A DNA stretch of 64,000 nucleotides from an uncultured bacterium (lineage in GTDB: Bacteria > CSSED10-310 > CAZUFC01): NCBI GenBank assembly GCA_964619725.1, contig CAZUFC010000009.1:1-64000 (forward strand). The letters run 5' to 3'. The notes beneath the pieces were generated by a model that did no database searches, was not told the origin of the DNA, and saw only the letters and a list, made by a program, of their open reading frames with translations. How positions within the stretch are numbered: the first letter of the stretch is position 1; each line of letters opens with the position of its first letter. The position numbers and the translations under genes were made by a program. Below, in pieces: positions 9,301 to 20,300 of the stretch.

Positions 9301-10474
9301 GAATATTACAGCGACTTCTTCAAAAACATTTTCTTACAACGGAACGAACCAGTTGACCCGAATAATGGAAGGAGAGGAACTGAAAGGCAGTTATACCGTT
9401 GACGGAAGACGGCGTCGAGTCATAAAGGAGACGACGGCGGAAAAGGTGATTTATATCCACAGCTACGTCAACACGCTCCTTGAGGAATCAGATGAGAACG
9501 GAACCCCCTTGCAGAGTTACGTATATCTGTATAATCAACCTGTCGCCAAAATAGTCGGCGATCAGGTTTATTATATGATCAACGATCATCGGGGCGTTCC
9601 GACGAAATTAACTGATTCGTCTGAGAACGTTGTCTGGGAGGGAGAATTTCGCCCGTTCGGAAGCGTAAATATACAGATGGAAACGATCAGCAATGAATTA
9701 AGGTATCCCGGACAATTGCACGATTCCGAATCAGGACTTCATTATAACCATTACCGGTATTACGATCCTGAGTTGGGACGTTATTACTCCGCAGAGATGT
9801 ACAAGCCGTGGCTCCTGCAAAACGGGAATTCCGGCCCTGCTCAAAACGGCATGGCGCCTACGCCCGACTACCTCTTTGTAACCGCATATCGCGCGCCCTA
9901 TACTTATGCCGGCAACGATCCCCTGATGTATGTGGACCGCGACGGTCAACTCGCCATCATCACGACACTGGCCATAGCCGCCGCTATCGGCGCGGTTTTT
10001 GGAGGGGCATCCCAGGCTGTTCAAGGCGGTTCAGCAAGCGATATCGCCACGGGAGCATTGATAGGCGCCGGAGCCGGCGCTTTGGGGGCAGGAGCCGGCG
10101 CTGCAGTCGCCGCCGGCGGAGCAGCCATCGGAGTTATCGGCGGAGCCGGAAGCATATCAGGCGCTCTGGTTGGCGGAGCCGCAGGCGGTGCAGTCGGAAG
10201 CGCAGCAGAAGATATAGGCAATCAGTTATGGATCAGCGATATACCTTATCGCTGCCTGGATTGGGGACACGTAGGAGTCTCCGCAGCCTTCGGCGCCGGA
10301 ACTGGAGCAGCGAGCGGATTCGTGGGAGATTTCGTCACCTACGGACTGCGGGACGGGTTCAATACCCAGTTGGGCGCCGAACTGACCGGGTCGGTCATGG
10401 GCGGAACATACGGAGGACACATCGGTTTCGCCATAGGTATGATGCGCTCTTCCCCCCAGAGAAGCTGCCATTAG
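6317..10474 (+). CDS. Rhs/YD-repeat protein with putative signal peptide, DUF6531-like region, Rhs core and Gly/Ala-rich C-terminal domain
   Basis: GSPV..G.L...D and FGYGW motifs; many YxYDxxG repeats; core LRYPGQLHDSESGLHYNHYRYYDPELGRY and YAGNDPLMYVDRDG. The TTG start is uncertain. Confidence 0.92.
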   Translation: MQEVRRSEADELIVLVSFIIFTFFQNMPLMAFDQPWDGGHNTTTPYYYDPENPYVPEENPNCPQPQSPRGSPVYVARGVLFLHYEDIKVSGVGPELELTRHYMNQDRYDGPFGYGWHFNYSIQLYEVTDLDDEYVIIRRGTGRRWEFIKNQDGTYTSKTRGVIHSLTKNPDGSFIFSYVCSDCIGLLGDVLHFDSEGRLTAVEDNSGNRLEFDYDIEGHLTTATDAVGREIHFFYNYENKITRVLDPGGNLFIYTYDGEGNLSSVTDPVGNQTVYIYDEEHDLVNVIDANNDTALEVSYDNRDRVSSCTRYGYTETYDYNPGSSYTVKNTPRGNYTYYYDDAGNVTRTVYPDGTEREDEINLNVRPTRRTAPDGSAWEYEYDGWGNVTRITQAAGTELSRNTHYTYDFATKNLTGYYRNSVRNPSGYYSVSFEYDEIGNITKLTKSGYIKPSQPFTYETTYAFDNMGLLTRINGPRTEATDVITYSYDSMGQLTSFTLPEEGAWSYNEYNAFGKPGLIIDPNGNTSGIEYDAINRLTKITANGETFLEYEYDGIGNVTKISNTLGAGLSLNYTQGEMIAEVIKPDGSRLLNHYEGWGLIAKKETYTSEDVLESFIDYEYDSMKRMTKVIYPGSATTEIEYDAAGNLTKVIDRLGNEKAFEYDALNRLTARRVIVPDGDDLVTTYEYDEWDNLTAFTDPEAHVVSLTPDDMGRVAEETTPAGGHLVYEYNATGMMTKIFDANGDVIQKGYDAQNRVTSIDYPDPAENVTYSYDETSVTNGKGMLTGMTDRSGTTIYNYDQRSRVTNVQRTIDGNDYITLYQYDPNDNLTKATYPSGIEILYDYDSSDMVSRIRASVNEDIHTIADSITYNSFSAVASMSLGTGMNRTVSYDSKRNITGLSAGGFQDITIAYDAMDNITSITDNLNSAENQTFDYDILSQLTSASGAYGAVTYAYDDAGNRTLISPGSDTVNYNYTDNRLTSLSGDITENFAYDGNGNITATSSKTFSYNGTNQLTRIMEGEELKGSYTVDGRRRRVIKETTAEKVIYIHSYVNTLLEESDENGTPLQSYVYLYNQPVAKIVGDQVYYMINDHRGVPTKLTDSSENVVWEGEFRPFGSVNIQMETISNELRYPGQLHDSESGLHYNHYRYYDPELGRYYSAEMYKPWLLQNGNSGPAQNGMAPTPDYLFVTAYRAPYTYAGNDPLMYVDRDGQLAIITTLAIAAAIGAVFGGASQAVQGGSASDIATGALIGAGAGALGAGAGAAVAAGGAAIGVIGGAGSISGALVGGAAGGAVGSAAEDIGNQLWISDIPYRCLDWGHVGVSAAFGAGTGAASGFVGDFVTYGLRDGFNTQLGAELTGSVMGGTYGGHIGFAIGMMRSSPQRSCH

Positions 10475-10735
10475 CCCGGACTTATAATACAAAATCGTAG
10501 TAGAGCGTTCGGATTTCCGCAGATTCACACGTGACTGACTGGAGGACTGCGGAAACATAGCAGCGCTACGGGGAGCGAGTCCGCAGGAAGCAACGATTGA
10601 AGGTGCGGGGATTTGGACGCTTGTAACATGTTTTGTATGAAAAATGCGGGTTAGCGCCGCAAATGAAACATATATGTCCTTATCCGTTTTCAACAACGTT
10701 GCCGGAATAGAGAGAAAATTTTACTCAGCAATGTC

Positions 10736-11161
10736 TTACGAAGGGCTCTGACCCCTTCGCAAACCACCATGGTCGCGTACTAAAATGCCCGAACAATATG
10801 CGCAACGCCCCGAGGATAGGGCTATCCCCATCGGGTATCTCGTCAGCAACGTTCCGCAATGCGGGCAGGCCAAATCGTAAGAGCGAAGAATATTTCTTCG
10901 GAATTTGGCTAACGCCAGGAGATTGCCGATGAGGAAAGTAAAGAAGACGACGGCGTAGATTATTTCTGCGGAGGGATATTCATTTTGTTTTTCAGTTACC
11001 CAGTCGGCGAAGGGTATATTGGCGATCAAGATCAGGAAGAACAGGATAATCCAGATGAGAGACAGGATATTTTCTTTCTTTTTGCATTCATCCCGCCGCG
11101 CCTTCAATTCCTGAAGAGTAATGGGCCAGGCAGCCCTGATATTCTTGTATGATTGTTGCAT
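10736..11161 (-). CDS. Small two-TM membrane protein with C-terminal zinc ribbon
   Basis: Two hydrophobic segments, then CPHC-x17-CAYC; ATG11161 preferred over TTG11176. Confidence 0.65.
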   Translation of the reverse strand: MQQSYKNIRAAWPITLQELKARRDECKKKENILSLIWIILFFLILIANIPFADWVTEKQNEYPSAEIIYAVVFFTFLIGNLLALAKFRRNILRSYDLACPHCGTLLTRYPMGIALSSGRCAYCSGILVRDHGGLRRGQSPS

Positions 11162-11322
11162 AATGGAGGTGCGCAAAAATCGTCGCCGCCGTATAGCCGT
11201 ACGAACGATTCTTCTGTTTTTCAGTTACGCCGGCTGCAGATCATGACATCAGGGTAAGCAGCCTATTCAGAAGTTCTTATTGTCTTCGGCGAAATGTTCT
11301 TTTAGCGTTTCTCCTTATATGA

Positions 11323-14300
11323 TCAATAGAACACTTTCATAATTCCGTGGATTCTGTCGGACCGGTTGCCGAACTGGTCTTCAGCTCTGAAACCGACGTG
11401 ATAAATGCCGTCTTTCATGAGTCTTCCGTTGAAGCTTTCGCCGTTCCAGTAGAAGACGTTGGCGCCGGGATCGACTTCTGAGAGGAAGAATTCGTTGGCG
11501 AGTCTGTTGTCTTCGTTTCTGACCGTCACGTGGATATCGGAAGTTTTGGAAAGCGAGTAGGTGAAGCGACAGGGGGCATTCGGATCAAGCTGGTAGGCGT
11601 TTTTGGGATTGTAGAAATTCGGTTCGACGGAGATATCTGCGACGATGGGATCGCTGGCGACGATGATCGCGTTGTCGGACAAGGCCCACATGAGGACTGC
11701 CATAACGTATGACTGGTTGAAGGAAGCCACTGTGCCGTCATCTGTCGTTCCGTCCCATACAACGACTTTAGGACCGCTCTTTACCGGTTCTCTCAGATTA
11801 ATGGTGCGAATACGCTGCTGGGCTCCCCCACTGAACGGCGATATGTATGTCGTCACTTCTGCCGGAGCGCTCAAATGGAACGTCGCCGTCAGGTAATCAT
11901 CTTCCAGAGGATTGTAACTTGAGGAATAGTTAACTGATGGGAATATCTGGGAGCCGGCGCTACCGGTAAGGTCGAAGTGATATTCCGTGCCGTCGATGAC
12001 GTAATCGAAAATGAAGAAATAGGCGCCGGAAGGAGCGTATTGACCGAAATCGTCTTTGCCGTCCCATACGTCTGAGTAGTATCCGGGTTGTCTTAATTCC
12101 TGATCGACGAGAGTTCTGACATGCTGGACTTCTCTGTTGACTATACGGAGAGTGACGATGCATGTTCCGGTAAGCGTCGATTGTATTTCGACGGTCTGAT
12201 CGAGAGTAGGATCGAATGATTCTTTGTTTCTCTGGGCGAACAAGGTCATATCCACCAGGATGGAAACACGATCCGTGTCGCTCAATCCATCATTGTCGGT
12301 GACTCTCAGCACAGCCTCGTTGTTTCCGGGATCAGTATAAGTATGGGAAGTATAACCGGAATCTTCGGAACTCCAGTCGTAAGTCCCATCGCCGTCGAAA
12401 TCCCATTCGTAAAGTTCTATCGTGCCGTCGATATCCGTTCCTTCACCCATGAAATCGACCGTAAGCGGACTGTCTCCCGATAACGGGTCAGCCTGCGCTA
12501 TTGCCGTAGGACGTCCGCTGACGTTTACTTTTATAAGCACAGAGTCGGTTCCCGTCAAACCGTCGTTATCCGTTATGCGGAATGTTGCAGTGAAATCACC
12601 GAGATTCTCATACGTATGTGCCGTGATTCCGGTAGTCTCAGAACTCCAGTCGTAAGTCCCGTCGCCGTCGAAATCCCATTCGAAGAGTTCAATGGTCCCG
12701 TCAAGGTCGGTTCCATAGCCGGTGAATTCCACTTCAAGCGGCGGAGCGCCTTCCACAGGGTCAGCATAGGCTTCCGCTAGCGGCTCTTCCGAATAACTCG
12801 GCATCACAGTGATGGTGATGGTTTCAGAGTCGGATAATCCGTTGTTGTCGACGACAGTGAGTCGCGATTCATAAACGCCGATGGAGTTGAAGGTATAGTT
12901 GCGCGCATTGGGGACCCTGGTGTGATAATCATTGCTTCCGTTGCCGTCGTAATCCCAGTAGAAGTGTTCAATTGTGCCGTCTTCGTCTTCGCCGTTACAG
13001 ACAAACTGCACCGTAAGCGGAACCGTACCTGATACGGGATAGGCGAAGGGCATGGCGACAGGGGCTCCCACTGATATTTCCACCATATCTGTATCGGAAA
13101 GGAGATCGTCGTCAGTGACCCTCAAAACGGCCTCATACGAACCTCCTTCCAAATACGTATGGGAAGTATCGCCGGTTTCAGTCGAGAAGTAGTCCATAAC
13201 GCCGTCGTTTTCAAAGTCCCATTCGTACCGAATAATTTCTCCGTCTGCATCGGTCCCTGTTCCTGAGAAATTAACGATTAAAGGAACGCCGCCCCAAGTG
13301 GGATTCGCGTCGGCATGAGCAGTAGGTGCGCCTGAAGAATTGACGGTGATTCTCACAGTATCCGTATCGGTCAATCCCCCGTGATCGGTGACTCTGAACG
13401 TGGCCGTATACTCTCCGGGCTGACTGTATGTGTGCGTCGTATCGCCTGTCTCGGTCGAAGAATAATCCCACGTCACTGCCGTTACGGCCACATCATCTAT
13501 GAACCACCCGTCGCTTGTTGCTGACGAATTGGAGGTAAACCTGAACCGGAGTTTGGTATCGGCATGCCCCGAATATCCGGAGATATCGATTTCAGTGAGC
13601 GTCCAGGATGCCCTGTTCCCCGTGTAATCCGCCAGTTGATGCCAGTTGCTGCCTCCGTTGGTGGAGATATACAGATAACCGTGATCGCCGCTTGCCAGCA
13701 GATGCCTGTGCTGAAAACGCAACATGGCAGCCCCTTCAGGTATGTTGAAGTTTACAGAGATTGCGCTGGTGTCCGTATAATCGTAATAATCGCCCCAGGG
13801 GCTGTCTGTAAGCGAATGGGTCGGCGAATAGGCCGTACCTACGATGAATCCCCAGGTTGGCTGCAACTGCCATTGCGATGAACCGCTTTCAAAATCGTCA
13901 AAAAATACCCGGCTGTCGCCGAAGTCCCATTCGTAAAGATCGATCATATTTTCCAGGTCTTCCACTTCGCCGGTAAAGATCACATCCAGCGGCGCATTGC
14001 CTTCCTGGGGGTCGGCCAGGGCATGGGCGACCGGAGGCGAATTGCCGACTGTTATGTCTTGCGAGTGAGTATCGGTGAGTCCGTCGTTGTCGGTTACTCT
14101 CAGAGTCAACGGAAATACGCCTATATTCGTGTATGTGAAGCTGGTATCGGAAGTGGTTTCCGAGACGTAATCGTAAGCGCCGTTGCCGTCGTAATCCCAT
14201 TCCCACAGCACGATGGTCCCGTCAGGATCATAACTTTCAGAATCGCCATTCATTGATACGGTGAGGGGATTGGAACCGCTTGTGGGAGAGACGGTGAAAT

Positions 14301-17300
14301 CAGCCGTGGGAGGATAAGCGGAAACCTCTATGGGTTGAGTAACTGCCGTCGCCTGGTTGTTCATCGAATCCGTTACCCTGAGAACCGGTATCCAGACTCC
14401 GGTAGAATATGTGTGGGTCGTTTCCGCTCCTGTCGTCGATGACCAATCGTAAATTCCGTCAGAATCGAAATCCCACTCGTAAAGGTGAATGGTTCCATCG
14501 CCGAATGGAGAGCTGCCTCCGCCGTCAAACGACACTTCCAGGTCTCCATAGCCGGAGAGTGGATCAGCGCTTGCCCAGGCCGTAACCGGACCTACCCTGA
14601 TGATTATGGACGTCACATATCCGTGCAGTCCGTCATCGTCGGTGACGCGGAAAACCGGATTATAAATTCCGGGCGAATCGTAAACGTATGATGTATCTCC
14701 ATCGGTCATCGACATATAATCATATAAGCCGTCGCCGTTGAAATCCCATTGATAAGCGACAATGCTGCCGTCATCGGTTCCCGAACCCGTAAAGTTTACG
14801 TTCAAAGGCGCATTGCCCGTCAGCGGAATTGCCGTCGCCGTCGCTTCGGGAGGCGAATCTTCCGCTCCGAATCCGGGCAGAACATCGACATCCCAAGGCG
14901 CCGACAATCCCGTTATTTGAAATTCCGGGTCGCCCGCTGCGGACAGCCTGATCAAAACATCATCGTTATAATCGATTGCCCACACGCTCATGGAGCCTGC
15001 ATCCCAGGCCGTTCCCGAAGGTGCGGTTAATGGAACGGAAGAAACGAGTGTTCCGTCAGCCAAGACCTGGAATATCATTCCCCTCGCTTCATCGCATACC
15101 CATACTCGCCTGTCCGCTCCCGCTTCTACCCGATCAGGTTGATCGAATCCGGAAACGCGAAGCAGTTCGCTGCTTCCGTCTGCAGAGAGCAGCACGACTT
15201 CGCCGGCGCCTGTATCAGCGACCCAGCATGTCCCGTCCGCCTGGTTGACGCTTACATCAGCGGGTTGATCGAATCCGGGAATTCTTGCCAGTTCGGAGCC
15301 GTCGGTCGCCAGTTTTACTATTTCATTATTTCCGGAATCCGATATCCAGACGCTGCCGTCTGTCTGATCCACATCAATTCCTTTTGGAACGTTGAATCCG
15401 CCGATACGCTGCAACTCCGTTCCGTTTTCGTCCATAAGGATCGCCTGTCCGTTTCCAGCATCAGAAATCCAGCAACTGCCGTCAGCATGATAGGTCCCCG
15501 TATCTTCGGGTTGATTGAATCCGTCAAGCCGCAAGGCTTCATTGCCGCCGGCATCCAGTTTTACAACCTGGTTATTGCCGCTGTCGGCCGTCCAGACAGA
15601 AGCATCACCGGGATTCACAGATATGCCGTGAGGACTGCTGAAACCAGAAGCTTCCCATTCCTTCAAACCCGCGATATATCGATGTACCGTGTTCGCTCCC
15701 TCATTCACCGTCCAGACCGATCCGTCGCCCGGTCCGGAATAGTCCACCCGCACGGACGCCGTATCAGTGTCCTGAAAACCGTCGTCATCGGTTACTCTCA
15801 GTTTCGGTTCGTACGCTCCTGGCTCCGTATAAGCATGAGTCGTCATTCCAGTATCCGCCGAACTCCAATCGTAAGCGTCATCGCCGTCAAAATCCCACTC
15901 ATACAGAACAATCATGCCAGGCAATACGTCCGTTCCCGTTCCGTTGAACTCCAACTCCTGATTTACATATCCGAGCGGAGGATTCACTTCAGCCGATGCC
16001 GTGGGATAACCCGCGGGTTTTACGACAACCTTCGTCAGCTCCGTATCCTTTAAATCATCGTCATCCGTTACGCGAACAATGACGTTCGTCGTGACCGGCG
16101 TTTCATAATTGTAAGAAGTTTCTCCCGACTGCGTAGTTTCATCGTATGTACCGTCGCCGTCGAAGTCCCATTCATACTGAATGATCTCACCGTCATAATC
16201 GTGCGCCGCAACCTCAAACTGAACCGCCAGCGGCGCCGCTCCCTCCTCAGGGTCTGCCGTAAACGATTCTATTACGGGAGGATATTTCTTCAGCGTAAAT
16301 GTTACACTCGTCTCGTCAATCAAATTGTCGTCGTCTCTTATCCTGAGCCAGGCGTTAACCAATCCTGCTTGAGTATATTCATGGACGACCGTTCCTGTCG
16401 TTTCAGAACTCCAGTCATAACCGCCGCCCCCGTCAAAATCCCATTCGTAAAGGATTATTGAACCGTCCTCATCATGACCCCGGCCCATCATGACGATCTC
16501 GCCTGCCGGAAGGACCTCTCCGTCGTTCGGATAAACTATCTCCGCTACAGGATTGGATTGAGGGTGAATCCTTACAATATCGACATCAGTTTGTCCGTCG
16601 TCGTCGGTCACCCGTAAAGCGGCATAATTGTATCCGGGATTCTCGTAAACGTTGGAGGTATCAGGCGTATCCGGAGAGGTGTAGTCCGGGGTAAATCCGT
16701 CAGTGATCATCACGTCGTCTATAGTCCATCCGTCGTCATTGCCCGTTCCGTCAGAATAGAAACGGAATCGCAATATTACGTCGGTTGACCCTGAATAGCT
16801 CGAAATATCTATCGCCTCCTGCACCCACAAATCACCCGTATTGTCGTTATAGTCATAGGAAGCCAATTCTGTCCAGACTTCGCCGCCGTCAGTTGAAATT
16901 TCCACGTATGCCGTATCATTAAAATCAACCTCTTCATCCGCCGCCAGCTTGTAGTAAAAACTCAGTTCAGCCGTTGTCCCGCCGGCTAAAGAAAAACTGT
17001 GTGACGTCAAGGACGCGTTCATATCCGCAGAATAATCTCCACTGGGACTTTCCGACCAGGAATGAGTTCCGGAAAGCGCATCATAGTCCTTGATTCCCCA
17101 GGGCGGGTCTGCTCTCCATTGGTGAGGACCGTTTTCTGCGTCGTCAAAGAAGAAATAATATTCGTAATCCCATTCGTACAATGTAAGGGTTCCATTCGGA
17201 TCGGAAGAATTCGCGCCGATAAGATCGACCGACAGCGGCGCCAGGCCGTATTCCGGATCAGCTTCCGCCGTTGCGTCAGGCTTGCCCGCATTTACCTCAA

Positions 17301-20300
17301 CAGCCGCCGTATCCGTTACCATATTGCCGTCGTCGTCCGTTACTCGAAGAGCCGCATGATACGTCCCTGGTTCGGCATACGCCGCCGTCGTATTGGGCTG
17401 ATCGACGGAGGTATAATCCGCATTGAATTCCTGCGATATTTTTACGTCGTCAATATACCATCCGTCGTAAGTCGTTGAAGAATTGGTATTCAACCTGAAC
17501 CTTATCTGCACTTCAGCCTGATCGTCGTAAGCGCTTATATCCAATTCCGCTTTTATCCAGGCGACCTGCGTTCCGCTGTAATCGGTCACCGTCGTCCAAT
17601 TCTGGCCCCCGTCGGTTGAAATTTCAACATAACAGTAATCATTGCCGGATTGAGTCTCATAACGGTGCCAGAAGGATAAAACTGTGCCTGACGGATTCTC
17701 AGGCAGTGCGAAAGATGCGGAAGTCAACGCAGTATTTGAATTGTTGCCGTAATTACCTTCAGGACTGTCCGTCCAGCAATTCTCCGCGCTGTGATAATCT
17801 TCATTCGTCCTGCCCCAGGGGCTTTGAGCCGCCCAATCGCTTTGATCGGATTCCATGTCGTCGAATAATGCCGGCGTGACGTCGAAATCCCATTCATAAA
17901 GCTCTATAGTTCCGTTGGGATCGTACGAATTCTCGCCGATCAAATTTACGTCGTCGTTAATGAAACTCTCTTCAGGGTCCGCTTCTGCCACAGGTACAGG
18001 ATAATCTCCGGGATATACGCTGATATGGACGCTGGTGGTTCCGGTATCGTAATAATTATCGGTAACTTTGAAAACAGCATCATATTCGCCCGGCGCCTGA
18101 TATACTTTTATCGTATTGCCGTCGCCGAATCCGCTCCAGTCAAAATCCCCGTCGCCGTCAAAGTCCCACTGGTAAAGAATTATGTTTCCGTCCGGGTCTT
18201 CTCCGGAACCGGTGAAATGGACGGACAGAGGAGCATTTCCCTGCGTCGGGTCTGCGTCGGCATAGGCGAAAGGACGCCTGCTGTTGAACGATAATTCGAC
18301 GGTATCGTCAGCCGTCTGACCGTCATTGTCCGTCACGCGGAAACGCGCCGTTATATCACCGTAATCCGTGTATAAATGGTCAATGTTGCCTGATGAAACG
18401 CTGAACCAGTCAAAAACCCCGTCATCTTCAAAGTCCCATTGATAAAAGACGATCGAGCCGTCCGCATCCGAGCCGCTGCCCGTAAAACTTACCGTTATGG
18501 GAATTCGACCGCTCAACGGACTGCCGCTCGCCGTCGCCGTCGGCTCTGACTTCAATACTTCCACCGTTACCGTATCAATCGCCACCACGTTGCCGGTATC
18601 GGTCACTTTCAACACCGCTTCATAGACTCCATAAGCGCTGTAAGTATGATTTTTCGTCTTGGGATTCTGATTGGCGCTTTGAAAAGAATCATAAAAACCG
18701 TCGCCGTCGAAATCCCACTGGTAACTCTCCGCTTCTCCGTCAATCGGATCGTAAAAGCTCCCGCTGAATGTGACCTGTAACGGAGCATATCCCGTCGAAG
18801 GCTCAACCTCGGCGAAAGCCTGCAGCGCGCCGACGCGTACATGCTGAGAAAAACTTATGTCGCTTAAATATTTTTCATTGGTTACGCGGAATACGGGATT
18901 AAAAACGCCGTTCTGAGAATAGGAATGAGTCGTATATCCGTTTTCAGTTGATGACCAGTCATAGGTTCCGTCGCCTTCAAAGTCCCATTCGTAAAGGATG
19001 AGTTCATTTTCTTCATCGACGCCCCAGCCGTCGAAAATAATCTCATCGCCGATCTGAACTCTCACGGGATAGACGTCGGAAAAAGCTTGGGGCGATCCGA
19101 TAGGGGGTTCGGCATAGTATATTTCCACGTCGTGGGGCCGATTGAAGTCTTCATTCCTGATGACTTCCATGCCTGAAACCAGTATCTTTATAACATCGTT
19201 GTCTCCGTACGAGGCTACCCAGCAACTTCCGTCCCGGGGATCGACGCAAACGGAATAAGGATTATCGATTCCGGGAACCTCGAACAGTATGTTCCCGGAA
19301 GTATCCAGCTTTACCACCCGGTCATTGCCAGAATCGGCCACCCAGCACGAACCGTCGATAGGATTGACGGAAACGTCGCGCGGATAATTGAAGCCGCCTT
19401 CCCTTATCAGCTCGAAAGTTCCCGAAGGCGCAATTTTTACTATCTGATCGTGGTTGGAATCTGCCGCCCAGCACGTGGCATCCCCGGGATTCACCGATAC
19501 TGCGCTTGGATCATAGAAACCTCCCTTGACATGATGGTAGCCGGAATCTCCGCCGACGTCGTACTGATCGGGAACATCAGGATACAGACTGTAAATCCTT
19601 CCGCTGTTCTTGTCCGCAACCCATACGAAACCGTTGGACTGGTTCACTGAAACGTCGAATGGATAACTGAAACCCGTTATGGTGATATGATGACCCGTAT
19701 CGCTGCTTATGTCATATCCGTCCGGTACGTCTGCATCGAGTTTCACCACGGTATTGTGATTGCGGTCCGCTACCCACGCATCACCCGTGTCTTCCTTTAC
19801 GTCAACTCCTCGCGGATAATAGAATCCGCTTATACGGCAGAGCTCTTCTCCCGTTCTGGAAAGCTTTACAACCTGATGCGAGTTGAAGCACGCAACCCAT
19901 ACGGCGCCGCTTTTGTTATCGGCGCTGACGGAAATAGGCCCATCGCATAAATCGATCCTTACTTTTTCATCTCCGGATGAAAGCAGCAGCTTTACCACTT
20001 CATCATTGTTCGTATCCGATACCCACAGGAACAAACCGCGTCCCGTGAAGCCGAAATTGGCTGAAAGAATCGCCAGGTCCAGTTCATTCACAAACCCGTC
20101 CTTGTTTAAATCAGCCTCCGGATTAAAATCAGGGTCTCCCTCCTGCGTATCCCGGGCTAATGAAAAAACCCAGAGATCATGTCCGTCGACACGGCCTGAC
20201 TCGTTTATGTCTCCCGCTATACCGCCGGTTTGCCCTGAAGATACTGCCGACGTCAGCATACAAAACATAAGAAGGGTGAGCGCCATAGGCGACCAGGCAG

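Noticed and set aside
12370-12681. Near-identical ~40-bp repeat pair as a diversity-generating retroelement TR/VR
   Set aside because: It corresponds to the conserved motif of two adjacent PKD domains; no reverse transcriptase is present and only one mismatch was seen.
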